Source: the human T2T-CHM13v2.0 reference genome, Homo sapiens. From it: a DNA stretch of 64,000 nt. The stretch is from the NCBI RefSeq assembly GCF_009914755.1, contig NC_060925.1, one strand, 5' to 3'. The translations under genes were made by a program, and so were the position numbers. Below the pieces are notes generated by a model. It was not told where the DNA came from and ran no database searches. It saw only the letters and a program-made list of their open reading frames with translations. Positions 1-13,429 of the stretch are shown here, one piece after another; position 1 is the first letter of the stretch, and each line of letters begins with the position of its first letter.

Positions 1-517
1 ACACACACAAAGCATGGTATGGGCCTATAGGAATTTTCTATATAGTTTCAATATGAAAACATAGAAACTAAAAATAATATGCAGAACAAGTTCAAGAATT
101 ACAACAATCTTCATTCCCTAGGAATACTCAGCCCCATGTAGCTAATGATAATCACTGTCCTGGTCTCATTTAGCAACTTTTATTCTTTCTATATATACTC
201 CTGTTAGTATATGAATGAATATTTTCTAGTATCAGGATTTATGCATAAATTTCAAGGAATTTTGCCTCTTTCTGCAATTAATAATATTTTTCGTGTTATT
301 CTATCTCCACCATCTGGAGTTCTGTTATAGTTTTTCCAGAAGTGAATCACATTCCCCTAAAACATTATTAAATAATGTCTGTTTCAACCATTGTTCTTAA
401 TAGTGGGGTGTCTACTTTTTTACTGTTATTCTTTATTTCATAAAAAATTATACAATTCTTAGAAATAAGCAAAAAGGAATGGCATATACTTTAAATTTCA
501 TACTGATGCATTGTTTT

Positions 518-795
<278 letters not shown>

Positions 796-967
796 GCATT
801 GTTTTATAAGCACATGGAATGATTGTTTAATTCTCTAGGAGAATGTACCTGTGCTTGGTTTTGCTGCTTATCTAATAGATTAGAAGCCAGATATTGTGAA
901 GTTGCATGTTAATTTTTAGATTTCTATCTAGTAGAAAATATAATTCCAAAAGTTATGGCTTTGAAGC

Positions 968-1364
968 TGTTAAATTGTTTAGTCTGAAGCTGCCTTCTTA
1001 CATATTTTAAGTTTGACCTAAAGGTTTCTCTGTAGATCATGAACTATAACCTAAATGGACATGTAAGCAGGCTGTAGCTACTCTTGTGCTGATCACAGAG
1101 TTTGGGCCAATCAAAGTGGCCAACTGTTCAAATTATGTTCAAATAAGGCAAACGCCAAGCTGTAACCAATCTGGCTGTTTCTATACCTCACTTTCATTTT
1201 CTGTAGATCACTTTCCTTCTTCTGCCCATAAATCTTCTCCCACTATGTGGCTGCGCTGGAGTCTCTGAGCCTACTCTGGCTTGGGAGGCTGCGTGATTCG
1301 TGAATAGTTCTCTGCTCAGTGAAACTCTGTTAAACTTAATTCAGCTAAAGTTTTTCTTTCAATA
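968..1364 (+). mobile_element. ERV1 solo LTR, MER57-like
   Basis: Starts tgttaaatt and contains the characteristic blocks gttcaaataaggcaaacgcc-agctgtaaccaat and gtggctgcgctggagtctctg. Ends aaagtttttctttcaata. Length ~400 bp. Confidence 0.8.
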
Positions 1365-1699
1365 ATGTCTTAAAGCATACTAATCAGTTTTGTTTGTATG
1401 ACCCTATTCTAAAATTCATACTTACATGAACTTCAGTTCTCAAAGTCTTTTGAAACCAGTTTTATCATTTTTCTCCTTTCATTCATTAATGTGTTCAATA
1501 AAATATCTGACATATATCCTTTCCCTATTTGTATGAGTCATGTTTTAGCCCTTTGAAATTACACTTTGATCATTTCATGCATTATTTCCACCCAAGCTGC
1601 CCCAAATTTCACATTTTTGAATGCTTCATTCATACAAGAATGAATTCTCCTTTAAAAATATTCAAATATTCTAAACAAGCCTAAATCTAAAGCATAAAT

Positions 1700-2240
1700 G
1701 TTTCCTCACCTCTTCTCGAAACCTACCTTCTGCTACTAAGCCAGATCATTTCCCAATTTTAACCATAGCTATTAGTTTGATGTTTTTCAACTGCAGCATT
1801 TTCTATGCTTTTGCGTGTATCCATATATGCCTATGTTAACTTAAATTGTAATAAACTGTATGAAATAGACTGCCCTATATGTTTTGATAATCTTTCCATT
1901 TTATTCCTCATTCTTGACTGCTGCATAATGTTCTGTGGTAATAAATGTCATAATTTGTTTAAACTTTCATCTATTAAGATGAATTTAGGCTACTTCCAAT
2001 GTTTCATTATAATAAACAATGCCTGAATGAATGTTCTTATAAATATTTCCCTGTCCTTATTTATAAATATATCTTTAGGGTGAAGATCACAAATTGTAAT
2101 TGCTAGATCATTTGCAATTTTAAATAAGAAAATGTATTTTCAAATGACCCTGCAAAAGAGCTCCATCTTACATTCCCATAAGCAGTTAGCCACACCAATA
2201 AATACTTAAAATATGAATATAATATTTTTTCAGCCCTTCA
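1700..2240 (-). mobile_element. Old L1M (L1ME-like) 3' fragment
   Basis: Degenerate antisense L1 3' motifs such as ttccaatgtttcattataataaacaatgc and aattgctagatca. Confidence 0.5.
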
Positions 2241-2505
2241 GTGAGATAATTCAATGGAATAGTATTTTTCAGGCATGCGATTCTGAAATCATCAAGGAAG
2301 AGGAAAATAGTGTATAGAAAAAAGAAAACCTCTAAAAATGTATCTGGTTTGCATACACAACACTACAGACATTTTTTAAATCAGTTTCTTTAAATTTTCC
2401 TTAATATATTTATTTTAAATATTGTGATGTTGTTTAATTCTTAAAAGGAAATACAGAAAAGCACACTTTTTTATAGTTTTTTTCTTACAATAAACTTAGA
2501 AGAAT

Positions 2506-2866
2506 TGTATCTTAGTCTGTTTATATCACTATAACTAAATACCATAGACTAGGTAGTTTATAAATAATATAAATTTATTTCTCACAGTTTTGGAGACTGG
2601 GAAGTCCAAGAGAAGGCATGAGCAGATTTAGAGTCTGCCTGAGGGCAAATTTTCTGGTTTATAGGTGGTGGCTTCATACTGTGTTCTCACATGGTGGAAG
2701 TGGGAACCAGATCCCTTGACCCTGTTTTATAAGGGGCTAATGCCATTCATGAGGGCTCTCCCTTAAGATTTAATCCTGTCCCAAAGGTCACACTTCCTAA
2801 TACTATCACCTTGGATTTAGATTTTACCATAAATTTGAGGAAGACACAAATATTCAGACCGTAGTA
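2506..2866 (-). mobile_element. MaLR solo LTR (MLT1A-like)
   Basis: Reads cttagtctgtt...ataccatagact...ctgggaagtccaag...cattcatgagggctct...gacacaaatattcagaccgtag, i.e. antisense MLT1A-type. Confidence 0.8.
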
Positions 2867-3244
2867 TATTATATATTTTGCTTGAGACACAAGCTCATTG
2901 AGCTGATAGGTACAATTTAAATTTAAATTTTCTACCTTTCTATTTTATATAAACTATTTGGGAAATAGTGAAGTTTTTATAAGTTAAAATTGTGTCTTAT
3001 GATATTCTGCACTGCAGCAAATTGATCTTTTAAAAATGTAAATCAGATCACATTTCTTCACTCTATTTACCATGGTATTGGTCATGCCCCACTATAATTT
3101 AAGATTTCCAGAAAGAAAAGTGTGTGACACACAGAAAATACTGGGTACATATTTGTCAAGCAAATGTCTTGTTGTTACCTGAATAAATCAACAAGTGGTT
3201 AGTCTGTCAATGTTCTATGGATACTTTTAAAAGTGTGAAATCTC

Positions 3245-3387
3245 AGCCGGGTGCGGTGGCTCATGCCTGTAATCCCAGCACCTTGGGAGGACGAAGTAGG
3301 TGGATCACAAGGTCAGAAGATCGAGACCATCCTGGCTAACACGGTGAAACCCCATCTCTACTAAAAATACAAAAAAAAAAAAAAAAA
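3245..3387 (+). mobile_element. AluY-type left monomer only, with A-tail and TSD
   Basis: Left arm has AluY-type gatcgagaccatcctggctaacacggtgaaacccc, then actaaaaatac followed by A17. gtgaaatctc flanks both sides. Confidence 0.85.
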
Positions 3388-3419
3388 GTGAAATCTCTAT
3401 TTGTTTCGAAATATATTGC

Positions 3420-4350
3420 ATATCAACCTACTAGTGTAGACATCTCAATTGTGTTATTGCAATATTTGATCTGCTTGTTCCTTTTTCAGTCTATTTGATC
3501 TGTTGGCTTCTGACACAGGTGTGTTGAAATATCTTGCTCTGGTTTTGGATTTGCCATTTTATCAGGTGTCACTTTTTAAATTTTAAAGTACTTTTTAAGA
3601 GTTTTTTTTAATGTGCACAAAAGTTGGGGACCATTGCCTTATTTTGGTGTATTGCTATCCCTAAATATATACATTATGTCTCTTTATAACATTTAGGGAG
3701 TTTTGCCTTGAATCAGGTTTTGAAATTTTTTGTTTTATTCTGTTTTTATTTAATCTGAGCAATTTTGGTTTTAAAACATTAAAAATTTTAGTGAGTACTA
3801 ATAGGTATCTTTACCCCAGCAAATACATTCTTTGTGTTTTCTACTTGACATGCTTGATTTTTATTATCTTGTTTCTCTTTCCTATCTTTTGTTAGAATGG
3901 TTGAGTGTTCATTATACTGATTTTCCATTTTAGTTGTTTGAATGGTATAGCTTCTTCTTCTAATCTCTCATTATGTATTTCTAAATCTAAATACCTAACA
4001 CACTTAATTAACTTTTAATTTTCAAACATCAAATGTTAGTGAGTACCCACAATTGTCTCCTACCAAGACAAGATTTATGAAATGCTTTCACTTGCTTTGG
4101 CTTTTTTACATACTCAATCTATAGATGGTGGTAGATATTATATGAGTATTTCATTTTATATTGTGAGATTTTTTGTTTATAATCAATATTTATTTATATT
4201 ATATCTCTGGGACTCAATTTCTTTATGATACTTTGGCAGACATATTGTGTTTGTGGCTTAGCATCTAAATTCACTGAGCTAAATCACAGGCATTATTTTA
4301 ATTATCTCCTCCTCTGTTTTTTTTCTGATCACATTTATTTGAATTTTCTT
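3420..4350 (-). mobile_element. Highly decayed L1M fragments
   Basis: T-rich antisense L1-like text, e.g. tttgatctgttggcttctgacacaggtgtgttgaaatatc...ggatttgcc. Confidence 0.4.
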
Positions 4351-5939
4351 TATGTTAACTGTAGATTTGATGAATTGTCACTTTTTCAAGTCTAAATAAT
4401 AGCACCTTAATTATATAAAGCACATACTTTAAAAAAGGTCTAAGAGAAATGGCCAGAGATGTCACACAAAAACCTACTCAATGGCAAACTCAAGAGTTAG
4501 ACGTAGCAATCTCTCTATTTAAGATAGTACTAAGGTTCATTTCTAGTCCAATTGGCATGGAAACTAGCATAGTTATTTTTGCTTCTTAAACACATTCCAA
4601 TTTTTCTGTATGCATAGTTTTTCTTTTGCTTTACCCTAACTATCATTATGAATTCAATCAACAAAGTAGATACCTGCTTAGATATTTCAAGTAGAAAGAT
4701 AATCAGGATACAAAATTTTTGGAAATAGCAAAAAGATGGGGTTGCGTTACTCAGATCAGGAACTGTAGTAAGTTATGAGTTCTACCACCTAAGTCTGCAC
4801 ATCTCTGAGGCTACCATGTCCAGAGTCTGCGATTAGCAGCTACAGGAGTTCATGTTCATCTGCTGTTGTGTCTTTAAGAATTCAAACTGGGCTTTTCTAT
4901 TGTCGACATTGGCATTGGAGAGATAGAAAAAGAACCCAACCTTTTGTCTTTTAATTTCATGTGAATGTCTCCCAGAGACAGAACCTAAACCAGAACTCCG
5001 GCATCAAATGTGTCTGAGAAATGCAGTTTCTTAGATTCTAGTCCTTGGAATACAATGAAGTACAGAAAATGTCAGAAATAATGCTATGACATCGAAAGAA
5101 AATTTTGCTTATCTGAAGGATAGGGGATATCTTTTTCCTTATCTCTTCCAGTTTATACTTGTTTATTCTCTACATCCATGTTAAACACCACTGCTTCCAT
5201 GAAGTCATGTCATATTCCTAATATGATGCAAGCTCAGTGTTCTTTAAACTCCCTAGAGTATAATGCATACCTATTATTGTATTTGACATATTCTTTGTAT
5301 TATAGTAGTTTTGTAGCATCTAATCTCTTCTCTCACTAGTCTGTGATTTGGTATGGAAAATCCCATACTAGATTTAACATAGTATTTAAAGTGAGGATAA
5401 AAATCATGAATTCAGATTTCTTTGTTTTCTGCTGATCTGAAATAGGTTTATATGCACTCATTGAGGAATGCTTAGCTAGGGGAAAAGAACTTCGTTAATT
5501 TCTGCTTTTCAAAACACCATCGAGATGCTCTTTTGACTAGACATGTCAAGTGAAATTGTTCTACTAGGCTTCAGTATCTCAGATCATGACAAATCATGAC
5601 ATTCTGTTATTGTGTTTAATACTGATAAGATATGTAAGTGAATAATAAGCCAGAAATACATCCAATGAAAATAACTTAGTAGCACAATACTTTTTTGAGT
5701 AGTTCGTGAAGGAAAGGTTTACATAGGAAGAATATAATTATGTAAGTTTTGAAGACAAAGAAATGAATTTCCTACCATGTAAACTTAGTATTCACTATAT
5801 CTTTCTGAGATCTATTTTCTGTCTAAAATATGAAAAATAATTAATTGAGAATTAAATGAAATAATACACATGATAGCATTTTGCAAATTGTCTTACAACT
5901 TTTTGATTGCTATTATAACAAGTATTATTACTACTTAAC

Positions 5940-6180
5940 AATTATTAACTTCTTCCTACGTTCCAGGCACAGACAGAGGCACTTTACCACGATTAACTCA
6001 TTTAGTCCGTATAAAAATCTTATAATCTATGTTCTATTAAGTTTTCCATTTTATAGATAAAGAAACCAAAGTTTAGAGAGCTCAAATAACTTGTGCAAAG
6101 TTTCTCAAGACACTGGTGATTGAGTTATGGAAAAAATCATAATTACCTCTGGAGAAGATTATGCTTAATCATTATCTGAT
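5940..6180 (-). mobile_element. MIR SINE
   Basis: MIR core ccattttatagataaagaaaccaaagtttagagag...aataacttgtgcaaag, with ccaggcac upstream. Confidence 0.7.
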
Positions 6181-6444
6181 ACAGCGAAGCAAAACTTTTA
6201 TCCAATAGTAGTAGGAACAAGAAATAGTAAATTAATTGAAACATGGAATAAAATGGGAATCATAAAAATATATTTAACATTTTTAAACAAAAAACATGCA
6301 TATTTTGCCAATCTTTTAATAGTTCTGAATCACTTTCTTCCCTAAAACACAAATATATTATTTATCTACCATTTTTAATTTTTATGTATTTAATTTGGAG
6401 TGAGGAGTTAGACAATTGCAGTTATCTGAGTGCAGAATGTCTCT

Positions 6445-6642
6445 TTGTCTGTCCAGCAAAGCGTTGTGATGATGGAAAGGTTTTATATCTGTGCCGTTCA
6501 ATTTGGTAGCCACGAGCTCTATGTGCCTAGAAATCACTGAGCAATTTAGGAACTGAATTTTTATTTTATTCTAATTCTTTTGAATTTGACAAGAGCCACA
6601 TGTAGTTATTGCCTATTGGCTATTGTATTCAACAGTAAAGCT
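6445..6642 (+). mobile_element. MER3 (hAT-Charlie DNA transposon)
   Basis: Reads gtgatgatggaaaggttttatatctgtgc...ggtagccac...ggaactgaatttttattttatt...agccacatgt. Confidence 0.75.
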
Positions 6643-7485
6643 CTAGATCTGTATGTTTCCAACTAATCCCTCCCCAACCCCAAATAATTTACCGTTTCAT
6701 TGTTTACATCTAAATTCAGTAGCACTTTGAAGAGTTATAAGACTTACCGGCTTATGCCAAAGCACTTGAGTTTTTCATGGGAAAAATACCAACCATTTTT
6801 TCACTCTCTTTTTTCTTTCGGTTCATGCAATAATTAATATGTTTACCTAATTTCTATAGAAAGTTCTTATGGTGTAAAAGATGGTGGCACAATGTTTCTA
6901 ACTCATGGAAAAGAGGCAACTCAACTGGTAGAAGCAAAAGTACATGTAGCAGGGGCAGTGCAATGGCTACAGATATGAAGTGTTGCTGTGAGCATTTGTA
7001 AGTATATTTTACAGGAGGAAAAAAGTGTGCCTGATATTGGGTTAATGGATTAAATGGAGATCAATTAAACCAGCCTTACTATACTATGATTATTACTGTA
7101 GAGCACACACCCTCAGCAAAAATTAAAGAAAGTGTTATATACAATAAAATAACATGGTAGTATAAAAATCATTTACACACAAAAATGTACATTCACATAC
7201 AATACGGTTAATAAAAAGTATAAAGTCAAAATATTACAAAGAAGAAAAGGGAATTCAGATTTTTTAAACAGCTATTTTCTTAGTTGTAGAAATCTCATTT
7301 GAAAACATATTACATGAGCCATCTCATTCTAAGGCCACACTGATACGAAAGAGAAAAATCCTACTGATGTGCTTCATAAAAAATTCCCTAAAGCTGCCTG
7401 CTGAGTTGCTGTGAGGAAATGACTGGCTCAAAATGAATCCCAGGTAGCTCTTTCCCTCCATCCTGAAAGTGCCCTCTCTCAGTTA

Positions 7486-7556
7486 CTACACCTGCAGAAA
7501 CAGGTGTAGCCAGGTTATAAAAGGCAGCTTGATTGGTTATGTGCCAGATCAAAGTA
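7486..7556 (+). promoter_or_regulatory. Candidate regulatory motif cluster (inverted E-box pair, TATA-like, reverse CCAAT, TCF/LEF site)
   Basis: ctacacctg-N6-caggtgtag, tataaaag at 7516, attgg at 7532 and agatcaaag at 7546, all in non-repetitive DNA. Motif evidence only. Confidence 0.25.
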
Positions 7557-10500
7557 CAGTGTACATTTGAAAATAGAAAAATATCTGGAAAATAGGAGGC
7601 TTAAATGAATGTTACCCTGGGGACAGTAATAACAGATGTGCTGACAATTTATGAATATTTCACTATAAATGCTCTCTTCTTCTATTAAATAAGGAATTAC
7701 GTAGTGCCAGACACCATATCACAATGCCTGATATTTATTTAGAATAACTTGCAATAACTGAAATTATCTGAAAAATAAGACTCAGGAATATGTGTTTGTT
7801 GGATGGATTCAGTTTTTTTAGGTAAGAAACACTTATGTATCTACATAAGGATGTACCCATCCACTAAATAGATATTTAAACAAAAAATATGTAATAAATA
7901 TCAACACATTCACACAGCATGCACACTCATAGACAGTTATAGACTGGGATATTGTTTTTGGTGGTCCATTGCCTCTATTTTTACCATTAAATACTTTTGA
8001 TGAAGAGTGACCTTTAAAACTTTTGAGAGAGAGGAGTTGCTAACATTTGCTTGGGGCACAGCACAGATGGGTCTTCACTAAACTTCTCCAAAAAGCTCCA
8101 CTAACTAGATTGTGCTTTATATCTAGGACTGCATACAAATAGGCCATAACAAGAGAGAGTCATGAAGCGCTTCCTTTCTAACACCTCTTCTCCAGCAATA
8201 CAAATCAAATCTGAATATGAAATCTGTACTACTATGAGTGTTATTTTATCAAATTAAAAGGGGCTGTAGAGTGTTCAGAATTGTCTAACATAAGTGTTGG
8301 ATGGACTGATTCTGGAGTATGAAAAGTAAAAAATAGTCATTCCAAAACACTCATAAAATAGATCATAATGGATTCAAAGGAAATATCATAGACCATTACA
8401 TTCTCAAAATTAGCAGCCTCGCCAAAACATTCCAAATAACTTTGAGGGGACCTTTGAAAATCACATGAGCTTCAATAATTAGAATGCAATTTAAATAGAA
8501 GACGAATACCTTTAGTTAAAAAACCTCCAAATACACAATGCATATTTTTTTGAAATACTACTTCCTTTGTGCTTTTCTTGAAGGAGAGAAAAGATTGGAT
8601 TGTTGAGAATTGAGGAGCCAGTTCCCCAAGGAAGGCTGATAATACACAATTGGCACTTTAGCATGAATAATAGATTTGATTTTGGCTATTATTTGGAGAA
8701 ATAAGGAAATTCATGAAGATAGAGCAACATGTTGATATTAAACCAAGAGTTGGAATTATACAAAAGAAAAACTAAGGTTGAAATTCCACTCCTGTCTCAC
8801 ACTGCAGCGACATGATCCAACTTTGTGTGGTTTGTTGCTTTGCATGACAAACTCATTTAAATGAAGATTTAAAAAAAAACTGTGATTATCTAGCCAAAAG
8901 ACAGACTATGAGGCAGAAAGAGGTAAACACCGTCAAGATAAACACCATCAAGAGAATACTTGGTGTGGTAAACATTCATATAGGCTGTAGAAAAAATAAT
9001 CCTCTAAAAATCATTGGTTAAATTTTCTTCCGTTTCAAATCCAATGCCAACCCAGTCTTAGCACTCAGAAGTGTGAAGGATTTACGTTAAGAGTTTTATG
9101 AAACATATTATTATTATTTTAGAAGATTTACCAAAATAAATACAAGGCCAAAACCTGACTTTTTTCCTACACTTAGTAAAAATAATGCAACTATTTCTTA
9201 TTACGGCTGTTAAATTATTTAGCCCCCTCCAAAATCTAATATGTATAGGTCAGCTTTATGGTTAATAACAACAATGATGACAAAAAAACCCAGATTTACA
9301 TTTTGTTGAAAGGAATTTTCCCAAGATTCCAGTCACATTATTCATTTATTTATTTTTCCTTATTTTTTGTCTTGTTTTGTTCATAATAGTAGAAATCTCA
9401 CAGCTTGATAAATTACATGTTGGAATAAGTTTGCTTATTTTTCAGGGGCTTGCATGTTTCATTTAAAAGATATTTTCTTTTAGTCTTCTTTGTTGTTGTT
9501 GTTGGTCACTTGGATGTATTGACAGGAAAGCAAAGACATAAAAACCTTTTGGTCAATTTATGATATCTATTTGATGTCCTTATTTAAAAATACAATAGGG
9601 CTTCCTAGATTGTTATGTATTATTATATAATAATATCAAAGAAACACATGTTTATCTTGCCTTCGAAAAATAAAATGATTTTCCATTGTAAATAACTTTC
9701 TGTGTACTGGAAATCACAAATATGCACAGCCCTGAAAGTAAATATTATTTAGGTAAATAAAGAAACTTGAAGTCAAGGGATGGACACAAACTTTAAATGT
9801 AGCACTAATTTCAATACTAAGTTTTACTTTTTTATAATTTCTTTCAGTTAATTAAGCATGCTATATTGCTAGCATTTATGACTTTTTTCAATATTGTCTC
9901 TTAAAATATAATCATTGGATATGTCAAAGTATTTGTATCTGAGAAGAGCAGTATGTATTATGTAGGAACTGTGTGCTTACGATTCTGCAATAATGAGCCC
10001 ATAAATAACAGATTTACTAATCTTAGAAGTAAATAAAAGAAAAATATGTAATGCACCTTTTAAAAAAGAATCTTGTTTGAAAAAATAATTTGTCTCCTAT
10101 TAGAAATATTAATTAGCTACAAGAATGGTCTGAAGTCATCTAACAAAATTGTTGTAGAGAAAGACCATCATCATTATGCTAATAACTACCACTAAAATAG
10201 TGGGAAATGTGGATATGAATGATTTAGTAGGAAACAAACTCATTTATAGCCAAACTGAAATGAAACTCATACAGTTTTGATGGCTATTATTGAATTACAG
10301 GCCATTTATGAAATTGCAGAAATATGTTTCAGAGCCTACACAGTATACGTCTTGTTTTAGCCGTATATATAATGACCCCACTTTCTCCTCTGTAGCTTTC
10401 AGTTTGAAGCCCTAGGGAGAAAGTGACAAAGTAAGAACCAGATGCTTCGTTGACATTATAGAGTAGGCAAATTGCAGCTTGCAGCAAGAATTTCGGCTGG

Positions 10501-10604
10501 GTTTATGCAGTTATCATTCTAATTCAACAAATAGTAATCCATGTTGTTTAGGAGGCTAGTACTGTGCAAGACAAATTAAATTAGAATGAAAAAGAAACTC
10601 TGCA

Positions 10605-10680
10605 AATATATGTGTGTGAATGTGAGTGTGTGTGTATATTATATATATGCGTGTGTGTGTACACCCACACATTCACATAC
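10605..10680. repeat. (TG)n/(TA)n/(CA)n compound microsatellite
   Basis: Direct reading of the sequence. Confidence 0.8.
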
Positions 10681-11478
10681 AATTCTTATTAGAATTTTTC
10701 TCTTCCTTCATGAAATAGGTCATTTCAGTTTCTATAACTATTTGGTTCACAGAGGTTAGGTCTGAAATAGCTGGAGACACTGACTCAGAGTGATTTCAAA
10801 GGGCTTCAGAGGTTCAGTCTGCTTTTTCAAGGATTTGACTAATAATAGATTGACAGTATCTTTTTTATAACTATAACTTGCTATTATTTATTCAAATATC
10901 ATTCAGTGAATATTTATCTTGCCCTGCCTGCATGAAAGGGGCCACACCAAACACTGAGGTTGAGTTTGGAATGAGGCAGACATGATCCCAGATCCTATGG
11001 GGCTAGCAGCTTTATTTCTGTATCTGATGGTGTCTACTTTAAGCAAGAAAAATAAACCTCTTAACTCATTACATTGGTATCACCTTAAAATTTGATATCT
11101 TTTTAAATACATAAATTATAAGTAAGAAAGTTTGAGCCAAAAGACTTAAATTCTAAAATAATCAGAACCTAAATTTTATGTTATCCAAACCTAGGCATTT
11201 GAGCACATAATATATGCATTGCATGTATTAGATGTGGAGAACACAGTAATAAAATAATAATTCTCAGTTTACAAAGCCTCATTTAATTCTAGTAAAAATT
11301 TTGAAGTTTATAGATATAAATATTGAGCCGAATAACATTTTGAATTAAACCTAAAATTGCAACATGTAGAGGAACTTAGTGAAGCTTGGTTTGTTGTCTT
11401 CTGTATTTCTTTTTATTGCTAGCCTCTGATCAAGGTCTTTTTTTCCTCTTTCAGTACTCCTTTCTTTCAACCAGACCC

Positions 11479-11835
11479 TGTCTTAGTCTTTTCAGGCTGC
11501 TATAACAAATATACCCTAAACTGGGTGGCTTCTAAACAACGGAAATATATTTCTCATGGTTCTGGGAGTTGGTAAGTCCAAGGTCAGGGTGCCAGCACAT
11601 TCAGTGTCTTGGAAAGGCCCATTTGCTGGTTAATAGATGACCTTCTCCCTGAGTCCTTACATGGTATTGAGTGATGGTTCTCCCTAGGGCTTCTTTATAA
11701 GGACACTAATCCCCATTCATGAGGTCTCTGCCTTCATGACCAAATCTTCTCTCCAAAGGGCTTCTAATACCATCACTTTGGTGGTTAGGATTCAACATAG
11801 GCGTTTTGGAGGACACAAGTAATGAGACCATAGCA
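11479..11835 (-). mobile_element. MaLR solo LTR (MLT1A-like) with 5-bp TSD
   Basis: TG...CA termini, with a perfect gaccc TSD at 11474-11478 and 11836-11840. Confidence 0.88.
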
Positions 11836-12181
11836 GACCCCAATATTGAGGCCTGGTGTGCAAGGCCTTGCTGGAATGGAGGAGCATGTGCTTGGTATGT
11901 TTGAGGACTTGTCTGTCCATCAGTCAGCGGTAATATTCAAGTACCTTTTTTCTTTATGCTGTGTGTACTCCTGTTTAATTGAAGTTAAATATTATGATTT
12001 TAGCAAGACAGCCCGGGAATAAAAACTTTTTCCTGTTCCATTAAAAAGAAACAGAACATGTGAGATAAACAGGTTTATCCTCTCCTCCTTTACTTTTCAG
12101 TTCTTCTGTGTGCTCTGTAGCACTTCAGTGACACTCAAGTCTATGCTACTGACTGATAACACGATGAGAATTGCTTGCCAG

Positions 12182-12621
12182 TGTCAAAAGACAAAATTAC
12201 AACAAATTTACTTTAAAGATTTCATTGACTTTTATTAGCAATTCTAAAATCAGGCAACACCTCTTTGTATAAAATGGAATGGGTTTTCCAATGAGCTGGA
12301 CAGAGGAGTTTGGCTTTATAGGCAGAAAAGAGCTGAAGAAAGCAGAAACAGGGAACACAAAGCAGATTGGTTAGTATCAGGTTACTTCAGGTTACTTTCC
12401 TTGTAAAGGTTAAAGCAGAGGAGACTTCTTAACATGTTGACTCAAATTGGTCTATTCGGGGGTTTGGCTATTATTTCTCTTCTGATTTCTTGAAAGATCA
12501 GATAAACAAAGTTTGGTAATGTAGAACTTTAACACAAGTGACTCCATTTTGGTTTGGTCTGTTAGGGCCTGGGCGAGGAGCTCAGTCCAAATCAATGACC
12601 TCCTACAAGTGTTATTTAATA
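12182..12621 (-). mobile_element. ERV1 solo LTR (MER4-group, MER65-like)
   Basis: Reads tgtcaaaagacaaaattacaacaaattt...gtgactccattttggtttggtctgttagggcct...ggagctcagtccaaa. 4-bp TSD ccag/tcag. Confidence 0.75.
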
Positions 12622-13429
12622 TCAGTCTCTGCAACAGCCATAGTATTATGTTTACTACAGATAGAAAGTATTCTCTGTGTGTTCCTTTTACATATAACTT
12701 TTTTACATTAAAAATTATAGTTTGTACTATACTTCATACTGTCTTTCAAATGGATAACAGTGTCTATTGTTTAGTGACTTGGCTAAATAGTCATCCAGCC
12801 TTCATGTTCCACTCTACCTTTCTGCTATGCTAACAAAGATCAGGATTTCACTCAAAAGAAAACCTTCACTACCAGTGGCATGTATTTAAAAGAAACAAAC
12901 ACTATAGCCTTGTAACTCAAGTATATGAAACTTAAATTGTTTACCAAGATTTAGAGAAATAGTTTCCAAGCAGATACATTACACATGAGAAAAAAACCAT
13001 TTATAATAGATACAAATTGGATGACAATGTTAAGTGGGTCTTGCTGAAATTCTTGAAATTTCAGTAAGTAACAAAATATTCATTTATGCCCTCAAAGCAT
13101 ATATATGCTTTTTATTTGTCAAGAACTAAATATGCTTAAATTCCACTCCCTGCCCTCTGAGAGCTCACAGTCTAGTTAAGAATATGTTATATATGCAGCA
13201 TTTTATGTACGCTTACTTTTAAAGAGGGCCTGGGAGCACTGATTTGAGGCTACTATCTCAGCTTGGAGCTTTTAATTAGTGAGTTGACATCTGTTGGTTT
13301 TGCCTAAATCACATGTCCCTTTAAGGATACTCCCAATTTTCTTTTGAGGTAATTCCCTTTATCCACTGCATGTAGTCTATGGGGAATGCTAATCGGGATT
13401 TTGTGTGTGTGTGTGTTGTTTGAACAAGA

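Noticed and set aside
4630-5090. Possible ancient MaLR/ERVL LTR (similar texture at ~39190-39560)
   Set aside because: Only faint motif similarity (gtctgagaaatgcagtttc) and no clear termini or TSD, so it cannot be named without a Dfam search.
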